Source of the DNA: Macrostomum lignano
Lineage: Eukaryota
Assembly: GCA_002269645.1 (NCBI GenBank)
Contig: NIVC01001499.1
Span: 1 to 64,000, forward strand
Length of the DNA stretch: 64,000 nt
Reading direction: 5' to 3'
The translations under genes and the position numbers were made by a program. A model generated the notes under the pieces. That model did no database searches, had not been told where the DNA came from, and was given only the letters and a program-made list of their open reading frames with translations. The stretch's first letter is position 1. The number at the start of each line of letters is the position of its first letter. Below, piece by piece: positions 1-10,716 of this stretch.

Positions 1-603
1 ATAATAACTTTGGAATATTTTCAAAATAACAACAGTTAAACAAAATTTGCATTAATTTGAATATGCAAGTTTCTAAGAAGTATAACAAAATATAAAGTAT
101 TAATTGTGCATAAAAAGAGACTATCATTTTTTACTTAACACAGGCACTACCTCACTTTGATAATTAGTTAAATATTCAACATCTTAAATATTTATTGTCA
201 TATAAGGTTTAATTTTCTAGTTTAAGCATATTATACTTGGTTTAAACTTGCATGTTAACTTTGTGAAAAATTTGAAAGGCAAAGAAAATTAAGCAAAAAT
301 CAAAAATGCATTCTATTTTTTAAAATTTTTAGAAATTTTAAATTACTAACTCATAACTTCTAATGTAATACAATATTTGGTCAATTATAGGATGTCTTTG
401 GTGCATGCATTTGGTACAACTAGAAAATAAAAAATATAGGTTAAAAACACTTTTAAACAAATTAAACAAATAGTTTTTGCATCAATTAAAATCTCTTGAA
501 GTATGCAAGAATTATCTTAATTATTTTTTGTCTTTTTTGTTCAAATTCATTTGCATTCTTATTGAAATATTTCAATCAATATATGTTGTCATTCTCACTT
601 GTT

Positions 604-975
604 GTTTTTTATATAGAGGCAGGGAGGTTGTCTGCACCCTGGGCACTTTGAGCGGCATTGTCACACAACTGGCGAGATGGCATTACTGCCCATTCCGCTG
701 ACTCCCCTGAGCAGGCACAGAGGCAAACAAGTGCGGCAGATACGTACGCAGGCACACACTCACACAAGAGTGTACAGCGGCCCTAACTTTATTTTATTAT
801 TAGGCATGTACACTTCACTGCACCTTGGAAGTTGGCTTCAAGGCCATTAATTGCATGAGCAGAGCCAAGCCAAGATTCCAATTCAGCCCCAAATTAATGT
901 GACTCTGCACTTGGAATCGAGCCTAGGTCGCTGGCACACCAGAGCCTGCGCTAAACCACTCGGCTACGACCCCTT
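604..975 (-). mobile_element. tRNA(His)-like SINE, copy 1 (~370 bp), inside SFSWAP intron 1
   Basis: The minus strand starts GGGGTCGTAGCCGAGTGG (A box), has GGCTCGATTCC (B box) and ends in an A-rich tail. TSD TCACTTGTT at 595-603 and 976-984. Homologous along its length to 5791-6147 in the opposite orientation. Confidence 0.85.
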
Positions 976-1250
976 TCACTTGTTACTGAATTGGCTATTA
1001 TCAAAATGACTGTTACTGAATTGGTTATGCTTTGTTACCAAGTAGAGTAACTAACTATAATTTAGATGGTAAATAGTCTAGAATCCTAAACCTAAAAAAG
1101 GCCAAAATTAAAAATGCCTAATACTAATAATAGGCTTTTGACTTAGTTTCATTATTAATAATAGATATTTTAATGATAGGCTCTTGGTTTTTTGGGAAGA
1201 TTAAGTTAAAAGATTTTATTGTTAGTTAGAGTCAAATGATATAATAATTA

Positions 1251-1975
1251 ATAATGGAAACCCTTATTTAGCCAGCACTGGCCGAATAAGTTTGCTACTA
1301 TTTAGCCAGCAGTCCTGTCCCACTGCCAGTCAAAAAGGCTTGTTACTATTTAGCCGGCAGTCCTGCTCCACTGCCGTCAAATAAGCTTGTCACTATTAAG
1401 CCGGCAATCCTGGCCCCCAATGGCCATGCCATTATATATATTTATTCGAGATATTCAAACTTTGGGTAATACAAAGTAGGTACAACGAATATAAATCAAT
1501 GCAGATTCAGTACAATTTATTACTTGCCTTCAAGTTTGTTTAACTGTTTTTGGAAGTCTTGCATATTCCGGAAATTATTTGAAGCATTAGAAGACACATA
1601 AACGAAAAAAAGTTAATTATGCATGTTTTACTTTCACTTTAATCTCTGAATCAAAACCACTCATTAAACCAAAAACCACTGCAAACACCTTTAACTAAGA
1701 ACTCTAAAATTGTAGTATATAATAATTAGCTTGTAGTATGTTAAATTATTAACTTAAGGTCATGACGAGCAGTGCGCAGTTATAAAATGTATAAATGTAT
1801 TTTGACCAGCATGTCCATTGGGGCCAGGATTGCCGGCTAAATAGTGACAAGCTTATTTGACCAGCAGTAGTGGGCAAGACTGGCGGCTAAATAGTGACGC
1901 GATTATTTGACTGGTGCTGGCTAAATAGTAGCGAACTTATTCGACCGGTGTCGGCTAAATAGGCACTGCCATTAT
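1251..1975. mobile_element. Foldback/MITE-like element with ~180-bp imperfect inverted arms built of ~50-bp subrepeats
   Basis: 1251-1430 (ATAATGG...CTATTTAGCC subrepeats...GGCAATCCTGGCCCC) is the reverse complement of ~1810-1975 (GGGCCAGGATTGCC...GGCTAAATAG...CCATTAT). AT-rich spacer between the arms; no clear TSD. Confidence 0.7.
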
Positions 1976-2379
1976 GCATTAATAATATTTAAAAAACTTT
2001 TTATAAAAATACATACACTAAGTATATTTTTATAAAACTATAAGTTTAAAATATTAGAATATTTCAAATTTGAAAACTATTATTTATAATTAATTATAAT
2101 TCTTATTTAAAGTAGATAAGATACTTATCATTTTCAAATAATCTAGGTTGTATATTGTACTTAGTGATATCAAGCCTATCTATATCTATAATACTTAGAA
2201 TTTACAGGATTTAGCTTTTGCAATGGTCGGCTTATATGGCAAATTGGTTAATTTAGATAGACCAATGCTATAATAATATAATATAGGTTTAGCTAGATAA
2301 AAGGGTTCTTAGTTAAGAAATAAATCAATTTAATATGAATGCTACAATTGATAGGGTAATATTTTAAAATAATACTTAC

Positions 2380-2576
2380 CTATCAATTAAAATTTCTTGA
2401 TCAGCAGTCCAAGGAATTAAATATTTTCCAGAGTTAATTTCAATGTACTTTTGACTATCATGATAAATGTTGCAGGAATAGCCTTGTAGAAACAACTTTG
2501 AAAACTCATCTTCGTCCTCATCGTCATCATCATATTCTGAGAAGAATCGAAATGCCCCATTCGATCCTCCAGCCAT
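2380..2576 (-). CDS. SFSWAP: Splicing factor suppressor of white-apricot homolog, first coding exon (gene continues beyond the left edge)
   Basis: LFLQGYSCNIYHDSQKYIEINSGKYLIPWTADQEILIDR matches, from recall, the SWAP N-terminal (DRY_EERY) motif GYACKLFRDD...HLIPWMGDHKILIDRYD. The exon ends GATAG|GTAAGT, a phase-2 donor at 2379. Confidence 0.8.
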
Positions 2577-3149
2577 CCTTATTCCACGCTTAGGCCTAGT
2601 CTAAAGCAATCGAAAATTCGCAATCGACACGACAGTTGGTTAGCAAAAACAGTGGTAAGGTTGAATTATGGATTAACAATAACAAGTCGTGTCTGTGGTA
2701 TCGAACGCTTGAAAACTCAGATTTCTATGTCTAAAAAGACAAAAAAATTGAAAAAAATTCACACTCTTTACACAATAAGACAATGTAATTTTAAGTTTAA
2801 AGATAACTTCTTAATCACACACGGAAAGATCCAGCGACAGCGTGTGTAACTGGTCCGGCAAATGTTTTCTGAGAAACGTGAGACCACTTAAATTTGTGCG
2901 AAAATGCTTCGTAGTAATAACTTTACTAGTTTCGAACCACTCCTAAAAACAATCAAACAGAACATTCTCTGCTTTTGTCAGTCAGTTTTTACCCAGATCC
3001 AAGGCTCCAAGACATATAGGTGTTGAAATGTTGATTTTTTAATTAAGTTGCAAAGATTCATCTTTGATCGTTTGCAGATACTGACAACAAAACAACATGC
3101 AGCAACAACAACAAAAATTAACAGTCAGAGTCAGGACTCCAGGTGTGCC

Positions 3150-5225
3150 TAATGGACGCACTGGAGCGACCCGGCGGGGCGTCACCACGGGGCGTTGCGC
3201 GCTAGGCGGAAGAGGTCGGAGTTGACGTCAAGATTGAAGCAGGTGTCCTCCCAGTGCAGCCGCTTCGCCCAGGGCGATGGTGCTGCGGAGGTGGGTGCGC
3301 GTCTGTTGAAGAGCGGCAACGTTCTGCTCCGTGGCGTCGAGTTCGGCACAGCTGCGAGCAGATTGACAAGCCCTCTGGGCGGCGTCGCAGTCGCTGTTCC
3401 AGAAGGACTTGAAGGCGCCGCGGCGACAGCCCCGCGAGATAGCGTGGGACGCGGGCGCGCAGGATGTCTGCCACAGTAGTCTGGCCCACACACGCATCGC
3501 CTCCACTAATCAGGAAAAGGCCGAGCTTTGCGCCACCATCTGCGCCTCCGAGTCCAAACTCGAGCCCGGCCCAACGACCGTATAAACACGCGCAGCGAAG
3601 CCTGCAACGCTTTCCTAGAGCTTGCCGCGCCACTGAAAGCCGCCTCGACATCGAAAAGGACTTCTCACAGGCCGAACTCAAAAACGCTATGAAACGTCTC
3701 AATTCAGGCAAGTGCGCGAGCCCCGACGGGATCTGTATAAACGAGATGCTAAAACAGCTCCATGCTACCGCCGAGGGTCGCCTTCTGGACCTGATTAAGA
3801 AGTCTGCAAAGGCCAGCCAGTGCCTTCCGGATGGACAACCATCGTCCCGATCCCAAAGAAAGGAAATGAACCCGGCAAGCCGACGTCCTACAGGCCAATC
3901 GCGCTCACCAGCTGCAATTGCCAAGCTCACCGAGTGCCTCGTCCAACAACGCCTGTCCTACTGGCTGGAATCCAACGGCGTCCTTACGCCCAACCAGGCT
4001 CGACCAGGACCTCGGTATTCCCGCACGCTTTGTGTTCTGGATCCATCGCTTCTTGAGCCACCGCCGCACGAGGGTCAAATGGGTCAACGGGCCAGTCGCG
4101 AGCGGGTCTTTGAGGACGGCCTCCCCCAGGGTAGCGTCCTAGACCCCTTCTCTGGCTCATTTTCGCGAACGACCTCCCGGCCGCCATCAGGACCGCTATC
4201 CCGGACTGCGGCATCAACTTGTTCGCCGATGACAGTAGCTTCCTCGCCACCCACCGCTGCCTCACCGACTGCACCGGCATCATCCAACCAGCCCTCGATG
4301 CCACGGCGGCTTGGTGCGCCCGATGGAAGGTTCGAATTCTTCTTAGTTACGACAAATATGAGTACTCGACCTTCACCCTCTGTCCGTCTGAAACAAACGA
4401 CTCAAGATTAGCGGCCATGACATCGCCTTCAACCAGAACCCCCGCCTGCTTGGCGTCACCCTTGATGGCCAACTCAACTTCCCAAGCACGGCTAGGAAGT
4501 TCGCCGGCGGATGACCCAGCGCCGCAGCGCCCTCAACGCCTTAGCTCACCGCAGTACCGGCGAGGACACGTACCAGAGTCCTGCACACAGCCTACATTGC
4601 TACCATCCGGGTCTGTGCCGACATGGCAGTGCGGTCTGGGCTAACGGGGCCGCCCCAGGACTCGACACGGCATCGAAAGCCAGCAAGCGATCTGTGCGCG
4701 GCTGATCGCATCTTTAGTCATCTTTGGCTCTACTCCGTGGAAGCTATCTACCTGGAGGCGAATTTCCACCCAATCAGTCTCGAAGCCCGAAGATGGGCCC
4801 TGATGGCCTAAGAGAAAGCGTCCTGCCGCCTCATCGACCCGTTTCGGCAAATCTGCGACAGGCACCTGAACATCCGTCTGGCGGCTAACAAAGGCCTTCT
4901 TCGCGAACAAGCCAGAGCCTGCTGCGATGCCATGATCGCTCCGCCTCGTCTGTTTTTCCTCTCATCCACCATCCTCCTTCGGATTCTCTTATCGATTGTG
5001 GAGTCCATCTGCATGTTTACAAAGCTCCCAGAGTTCGATGGCATCCGTGGCAGTGCTCTCCGCCATTGAGCTGCGCTGCCCCGACTCGGCCCTCTACTTC
5101 ACCGATGGCTCCGTCTCCGGTGGTATCCCTAACGGTGGGTCGGTTTGGATCCTGCTGCATAAAGAAAACGGCTGGATTAGCTGCTGTGGCCACGCTGCCA
5201 TCGGCCGATGGTGCAATTCTTTTTC
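3150..5225 (+). mobile_element. Decayed non-LTR retrotransposon ORF2 fragment (RT + start of RNase H; I-group-like) with an inverted 5' segment
   Basis: Frameshifted RT motifs: DFSQAELKNAMKRL, IVPIPKKG..SYRPIALTS, GLPQGSVL, FADDSS, LGVTLD, then RNase H start YFTDGS. The EN-RT linker (SFWNSDC...AKRLHWEDTC) lies on the minus strand at ~3150-3480. Confidence 0.9.
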
Positions 5226-5618
5226 TCCACCGTCTCCTCCTCCATCAAACAGCGCCTGACCTCGATCGCCATCAGAGTTGTCCTTCCTTTTGTTTGCTTT
5301 GCCGTTCCATCTGGAGCCGCAGCCTCCTGGGTTGGCGCTGTTCTCGCGGGCGTTCGTGTCTTGATAGCCAGCCTATCCGTTGGCTCGATCCTCCGTGATC
5401 GCGGAGCTCTGCCGACCAGAGGTCGATTCGGTGGCGTCGGTCCCGTTCTCTCCGCCCTGTCCGGGGCGTCCTGTTGATTAGTTTTTTTTTGGGGGGGGGG
5501 AGGGTTGCCACGTAGGAATGAAATAGATAGATAAATGAAAAAACCTCCATATAAGGGCCTTGTAAAACCGAAAGCGCAAGACACCCCTGCTGACATCATG
5601 CAACCTTTCCAGCCTAAT

Positions 5619-8269
5619 TTATATCAGCTTCCCCTCTTTTGAGTCTTGGCATTTCAGCATTCTAGTACAGGGGGCATCGGGATCCCAGTAACGATCTTTA
5701 ATATACAACAATCTGACGTTTCTAAACTCCTCGCGATGAAAGTAGGCACTTCTCGAAAAACGGTCTCTGCTTAATTGTTCATGATGATGAGGGGGGCCGT
5801 AGCCCAGCAGTAGCGCAGCTGCTCTGGTGTGCCAGCGACCCAGGCTCGATTCCAAGTGCAGTCACATTAATTTGGGGCTGAATTGGAATCTCGGCTTGGC
5901 TCTGCTCGTGCAATTAACGGCCTTGAGAGCCAACCCCCAAGGCGCAGTGAAGTGTACATGCCTAACGATAATATAAAGTTAGGGCCGCTGTACACTCCTG
6001 TGTGAGTGTGTGCCTGCGTACGTATCCGCTCGCTTGTATGCCTGCTCAGGGGAGTCGGCGGAATGGGCAGTAATGCCTCTCGCCGGTTGTGTGCCTATGT
6101 CGCTTAAAGTGCGCCAGGGTGCACACAACCCCCCTGCCTCTAAAAAAAATTGTTCATGAGCTACGAGGCAATTACTCTCAAGCATGGAAACAATGAATAC
6201 TCTCTGTCCTGCAATCACATTCGATCGCAAAAAGATTTACTTATAAGCTCGTATGTGCTAATAGCGATGATTACATTATTAGCTCGGCACCAACTCTAAA
6301 AAACGAGTAAATCTGTCTTGTCTACGAGCGTATTGTCGTATACTTTCTCTACGGTAGAACCAAATAGACAGCCAAAGAGTTTCAGCATGTTAAAGATTTG
6401 CTGTGGCCTACAAAACTTTCTCACCATCAAAGCTTCTAGAAGCTCCACCACCGACGCCAGCAGCGTTTAACAGTTCTGAGCCAGAGTACACAAAACTGCC
6501 GCCGCTTCCGCCGCAGCCTCCATAAGAACGATTGGTTGTGCCGGCCGCCTGTCCAACACCGATTTTTAGAGTGTCTCCATTTTTCCAAGGCGAAATATAT
6601 CCAGTAGACAAGGCTCCTCTGCCGCCGAGCTTGCCAGTATTGAGGTTGCTGCCGCCGCTGACCTCGATACTGTAGCAGCCAGTCATCGTGATGGTCAGCT
6701 GCTGCACTGAACCGCGTCTTCCCGTGCTGGCTTCTGAATAAAATTAAATCGTGCATAGAAGGCAATTGGGAATCTGCATGTACATGTTATAGTTGGCACT
6801 TTGCTGTGTGACGATAGCTATCAACAAGCCAAATAGGATTAACTATATCCATACTGATACAAGCACACATACACCGGAAAAGTACGCAAACATAAAGTCT
6901 CTCAGAGGAGGGAGAAATATGACTTTCTCTGTACCAGTCTTGTTGGACACCGTGTCTTCGACTCTCTTGGACCCATACGCTATCGCTTCGATCAAAGAGA
7001 TCTATAGCACTCACTTCGAAATACGGATGGTGGCTTGAACCGACGCAAAAAGACCTGGATGTGGAAGTCCTCTCGCCGCCAGGCGCGCAGGCTGGAGTCG
7101 TTCAGATCGCGGCTCCCAGCTGCCTGTCGACGCGAGTCTCCTGAGGCCGCTGGCACAGCGCATTGTCGTGCACTACCAGCTGCTGGCAGAATCTAGTCGA
7201 TGGTATGAAGACAGCCACCAGGCAGTCACGTGACCGGCAGATAGCGAGGCACTCAGAGTCGGAGCACAGGCCGGTGGAGTTGAAAATCTCGCTGCTCGAG
7301 GAGGCGTTGAGTTGGACTGGGGCCTCCGTGAGATCGATGGCGGCGCAGCATGTCTTACGTCTGAATTTCTGTCTTTAAGGACTTCGCACACTGAGACTAA
7401 CCTGAGAAATTCGAGATTCGAGGGGTGTCCGGTAAGTTCTGATACTTAATCCCCGAGCAAAAACAGTAGCAGCTGCAAGCACAACAACTCTTCGTTCCAA
7501 TGAATTTAGTCGCGTGTATTTTGGTCATTTCACTCAAAATTTGTGTGACAAACAATCTCAATGCCACTAATACATGTAGTCTTATAGTAAAAGTTAAAAA
7601 ATTAAAAAGCGATGTTTTGTTCTCAAAGAAGCTCTCTTTCGATTGCACACTCACGATGGTGTCAATAATTACAAAAATCCAAACACTTCAGTAAGTAAAA
7701 TTTCGTAAGTGTACTCAGCAACATCGAAAAGTCGCCATCACTGAAGATTGACCGTCTGTGGTTGCCACTGTTGAGAGTGCAGGTGAAGTCAATCTTTGCG
7801 AGTGACGCAACTCAGCTACGCCACGTGGCAGACTTGAGTTGAGGAATGAAGTGGGGGGAGCGGTGTGCGAGGCTTGGATTTAAAGTGCCGGGATTTTCCG
7901 GACGTCTAAAATGTTTAGTGTAGATCGTCTAAAATGTCATTTATCGTTGGTTACAGGATTCACACTTGTCAGAAACTTACTAGTAAGCGAATCTCGTAAA
8001 CGTATAGATCGAGGAAGGTAGAGTGGCCGCCAACTACTCGTACAAATGAAACTCAATAAGCGGGAACTCCAAAAAAGATCTGTGATATAGATTAATAGAT
8101 CATTGATAGACCATTTTATTACATGAAACAGACAGAAAGTTTGGCCTAAATTATCACAAAATGTGCAAAAACCATCGCAACAAAAGCAAAAAATTAAGTT
8201 ATATTCACCCTGAGCCGCAGACGCCATCACGACTATCCAAGCTTGAAGCGACAGTAGAGTCAGTCTCAT
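5619..8269 (-). pseudogene. Probably disrupted gene for a secreted protein: signal peptide + PAN/apple-like Cys motif + ALK/LTK-type glycine-rich domain
   Basis: Putative exons: 8269-8209 (MRLTLLSLQAWIVVMASAAQ, donor G|GTGAAT); ~7370-7015 (CSDSECLAICRSRDCLVAVFIPSTRFC, frame break between 7192 and 7104, donor A|GTGAGT); 6733-6425 (GSVQQLTITMTGCYSIEVSGG...LKIGVGQ...GGSGGSFV...GGG); 6208-5619 (interrupted by a SINE). The last three exons join in phase 1. The exon 2 acceptor is unresolved. Confidence 0.55.
5791..6147 (+). mobile_element. tRNA(His)-like SINE, copy 2, inserted in the terminal exon of the Gly-rich gene
   Basis: A box TAGCCCAGCAG, B box GGCTCGATTCC, A-run tail. 12-bp TSD AATTGTTCATGA at 5773-5784 and 6148-6159. 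Confidence 0.87.
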
Positions 8270-8518
8270 AATCGGTGTCAGTTTTATCAGTAGCTATGCA
8301 ATTACAAATTCGACTAATTTTAATGCGAAGCCAGTGAAACTAAAGAATTGAAAAGCTTGTCTCTCAAATACGGCTACGGAATGCAAACCTGATAGTGTTT
8401 CACCTGATAGTAATTCAAAAGAATGAACATCGCGTTTTTTTTCTAAACGACAGAGAAAGTCTACGTATTCAGGAAAGAAACTACATCTGCATGTGGTATC
8501 TCGTATCAAGTAGCAGCA

Positions 8519-10216
8519 TCAAGTAGCCGTCGCCTTAACTTCCTCTGACAGATCGTCATTGTTTTGTAGATTAGTCACCCGAATTTTCGGTCCGAAAGCG
8601 ACATCGTGCACCAGTTCCAGCAGCTCGCACAGGGTCAGCAGGGACATGCCCAGATACACGCCCATTATGCCGCCAACGTCCGAGATAAAGTCGGAAAAGT
8701 TGTAATCTTTGGAGAATGTCACCCTGTCGCACAATACGCGCTCCGGCTTAAAGTGCACTTTCAACAGATTGCTGCTAACGTAGGAGGCAAAGTCGCTTGT
8801 TGAATAGTTGTTCAAGAGGTAGTCGAGAGCCGGGACGCTCTGATTTTTTGCTTGAGCCTTCAACTGAGCCAGCTTCACCGAAGTTTGAAGAAACGATTCA
8901 GCCGAGCTTTGTGTAGGCCAATCGGCACTGGAGATGCTGACGCTGTAGTCCATCAGGCTACATGGACGCTTTGTCTTGCAGAGCTTTTGTGCCTCCACCT
9001 CAATCCTATTAATCCGCTGTGCTATCGAAGCATTTGAGCCAACTCTGATCAGGTCAGCAATTGACACAACTGAAAAGTTATAAGCGAATGCCTTTCCTCT
9101 CAACGGCCATGGCAGAGGTGACTGCAAACCAGACGAGTTTATTATCGACTGGTACTGCCTATGGTACTCATAGTAGTAACAATACGAATAGCTGTACGAA
9201 TAATTGCTGGGCGTTTGATCGTACAAATTCACAAACTGAACATCCGCAGCTTCGCTCAGACAGTCGTCAAACTGGCCTTCTTTGTACACGTGCTGCGTCA
9301 TCCCAATTAAAACGGTGTGATGCTTGGCTGCATCCAGAGAGAATGACTTCACAAAGTCGGAGGGAATTTCTCCCGGCTGGGTGAGGAACACTCGAGCACC
9401 AGACCGCCTGTCCGTGCTGATCAAACTGAGTTCCGACAAGAGCCAGTCAGACAGGGGAATTGGGACACCAAAGATGAACACACCAGAGTCGATTCTGACT
9501 GATGGGAAACCCGTGTCAACAAACAGACTGAGGATCAGTCCTGAGTTGGAGCCACCTCGTGAGATTTTTTTCTGCAACTCACTGCTCAGTTTCCACTTTT
9601 GGCAGCGAAGAAAGTTTGGGTCGTAGTAGGCTTGTGGCTGCAGGACTTCATATCCAGGTAAACCAGAATCCTGTTTGTAGATGGCGTAGCTTTCAATGAC
9701 TGTTTGCTCGGTTCTGTGACCAAGCTTGTCTACCAGGAAAGTATACGGAGCAGACTGCGGCAGCAGCCCTGAAAGATTCCTGATAAAGCTTCTTGCTGTG
9801 AGATCGTCCATTCCCATAGCCATGCAATCTGCATAAAGATGATAGAGTCCTGATAAAAGCGCTGAGCGGACCGTTGCATTATCAAGCTGGCTGGAGTAAC
9901 TTGACGATATTGGGTTCTCGAGGCAGACGTAGATATCGGGAAATTGAAACTCTACCTGGTTAGCCTCCAGGGTCGATGTGACTTGCTGAGACTGCAGTTT
10001 GATAATAAAGTCGGAGAATCCTTTTAGAAAGAGGCCCAGCATAGCGAGGTAAAGCAGTAGCCAACCGACGCGTACATAAATCGGCTTTCCAGAGACGGTT
10101 CTGGGAAGTCCGTGAGCCGTTGTCGATTTCAACGCTGCTTTCAGTGGATTCATGGCGAGCCTGCAGGTACTGCTGCTCCAAGTAAGTGAAAAAACGTTGG
10201 CAAGTTTCTGCCTCAT
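8519..10216 (-). CDS. DEG/ENaC (ASIC/ENaC superfamily) channel subunit, intronless, paralog A
   Basis: 565-aa ORF with TTAHGLPR (HG motif), TM1, FPDIYVC, and TM2 DFISDVGGIMGVYLGMSLLTLCELL with a GxS filter. Likely start at ATG 10153 (MNPLK). Confidence 0.92.
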   Translation of the reverse strand: MRQKLANVFSLTWSSSTCRLAMNPLKAALKSTTAHGLPRTVSGKPIYVRVGWLLLYLAMLGLFLKGFSDFIIKLQSQQVTSTLEANQVEFQFPDIYVCLENPISSSYSSQLDNATVRSALLSGLYHLYADCMAMGMDDLTARSFIRNLSGLLPQSAPYTFLVDKLGHRTEQTVIESYAIYKQDSGLPGYEVLQPQAYYDPNFLRCQKWKLSSELQKKISRGGSNSGLILSLFVDTGFPSVRIDSGVFIFGVPIPLSDWLLSELSLISTDRRSGARVFLTQPGEIPSDFVKSFSLDAAKHHTVLIGMTQHVYKEGQFDDCLSEAADVQFVNLYDQTPSNYSYSYSYCYYYEYHRQYQSIINSSGLQSPLPWPLRGKAFAYNFSVVSIADLIRVGSNASIAQRINRIEVEAQKLCKTKRPCSLMDYSVSISSADWPTQSSAESFLQTSVKLAQLKAQAKNQSVPALDYLLNNYSTSDFASYVSSNLLKVHFKPERVLCDRVTFSKDYNFSDFISDVGGIMGVYLGMSLLTLCELLELVHDVAFGPKIRVTNLQNNDDLSEEVKATAT

Positions 10217-10716
10217 GCAGTTGAGAATGATTGGGTTTTTCTAGTCATCTATAGGCTCTACCGCATTGGTTACTTTGCGGACAGACTAACACAAGTAAAG
10301 GCAGGTATGTCCATGAAAAATCGATCGTCTAACTAAATAGAGAGCACCTGTGTACACATCGCTTTCTGCCGCACTTTTCAGCGCCTAAACAGTAATCTTG
10401 TAACAATTGCTTTAAAACTTGATAATAAATTCAGCGAAAAACAACTTTGTCATACATGCAGTCGGTGGCCAATAATTCAAACAAAACTGATATTCATTCC
10501 AGATTTTGAAAGGAAAATTTATTTCATAACAGTTTAACTTTTCTCATTGTATATTAAACTAATACAAAACTAATTTAACAAATGGTTTCGCAGAGAAGTT
10601 TCAAAAACTCGAACAAAAGGGCCGCAAACAACCTAGCCGAAGGATGAAAATAGAATAAAAATTGTCATTTTAGAAAGTCAACATAAGTAGAAATTATAAA
10701 GCTGTTTTAAATATGC

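Noticed and set aside
900-975. Functional tRNA genes here, at 5791-5870 and at 14515-14580
   Set aside because: No complete cloverleaf or acceptor stem; they are heads of repeated elements.
3098-3230. Possible gene start MQQQQQKLTVRVR divergent from SFSWAP
   Set aside because: It runs straight into the inverted LINE fragment; no continuation or homology recognised.
5225-5470. Continuation of the LINE RNase H domain
   Set aside because: No AEL..AI or DS motif in any frame; a GC-rich segment of unknown origin, left uncalled.
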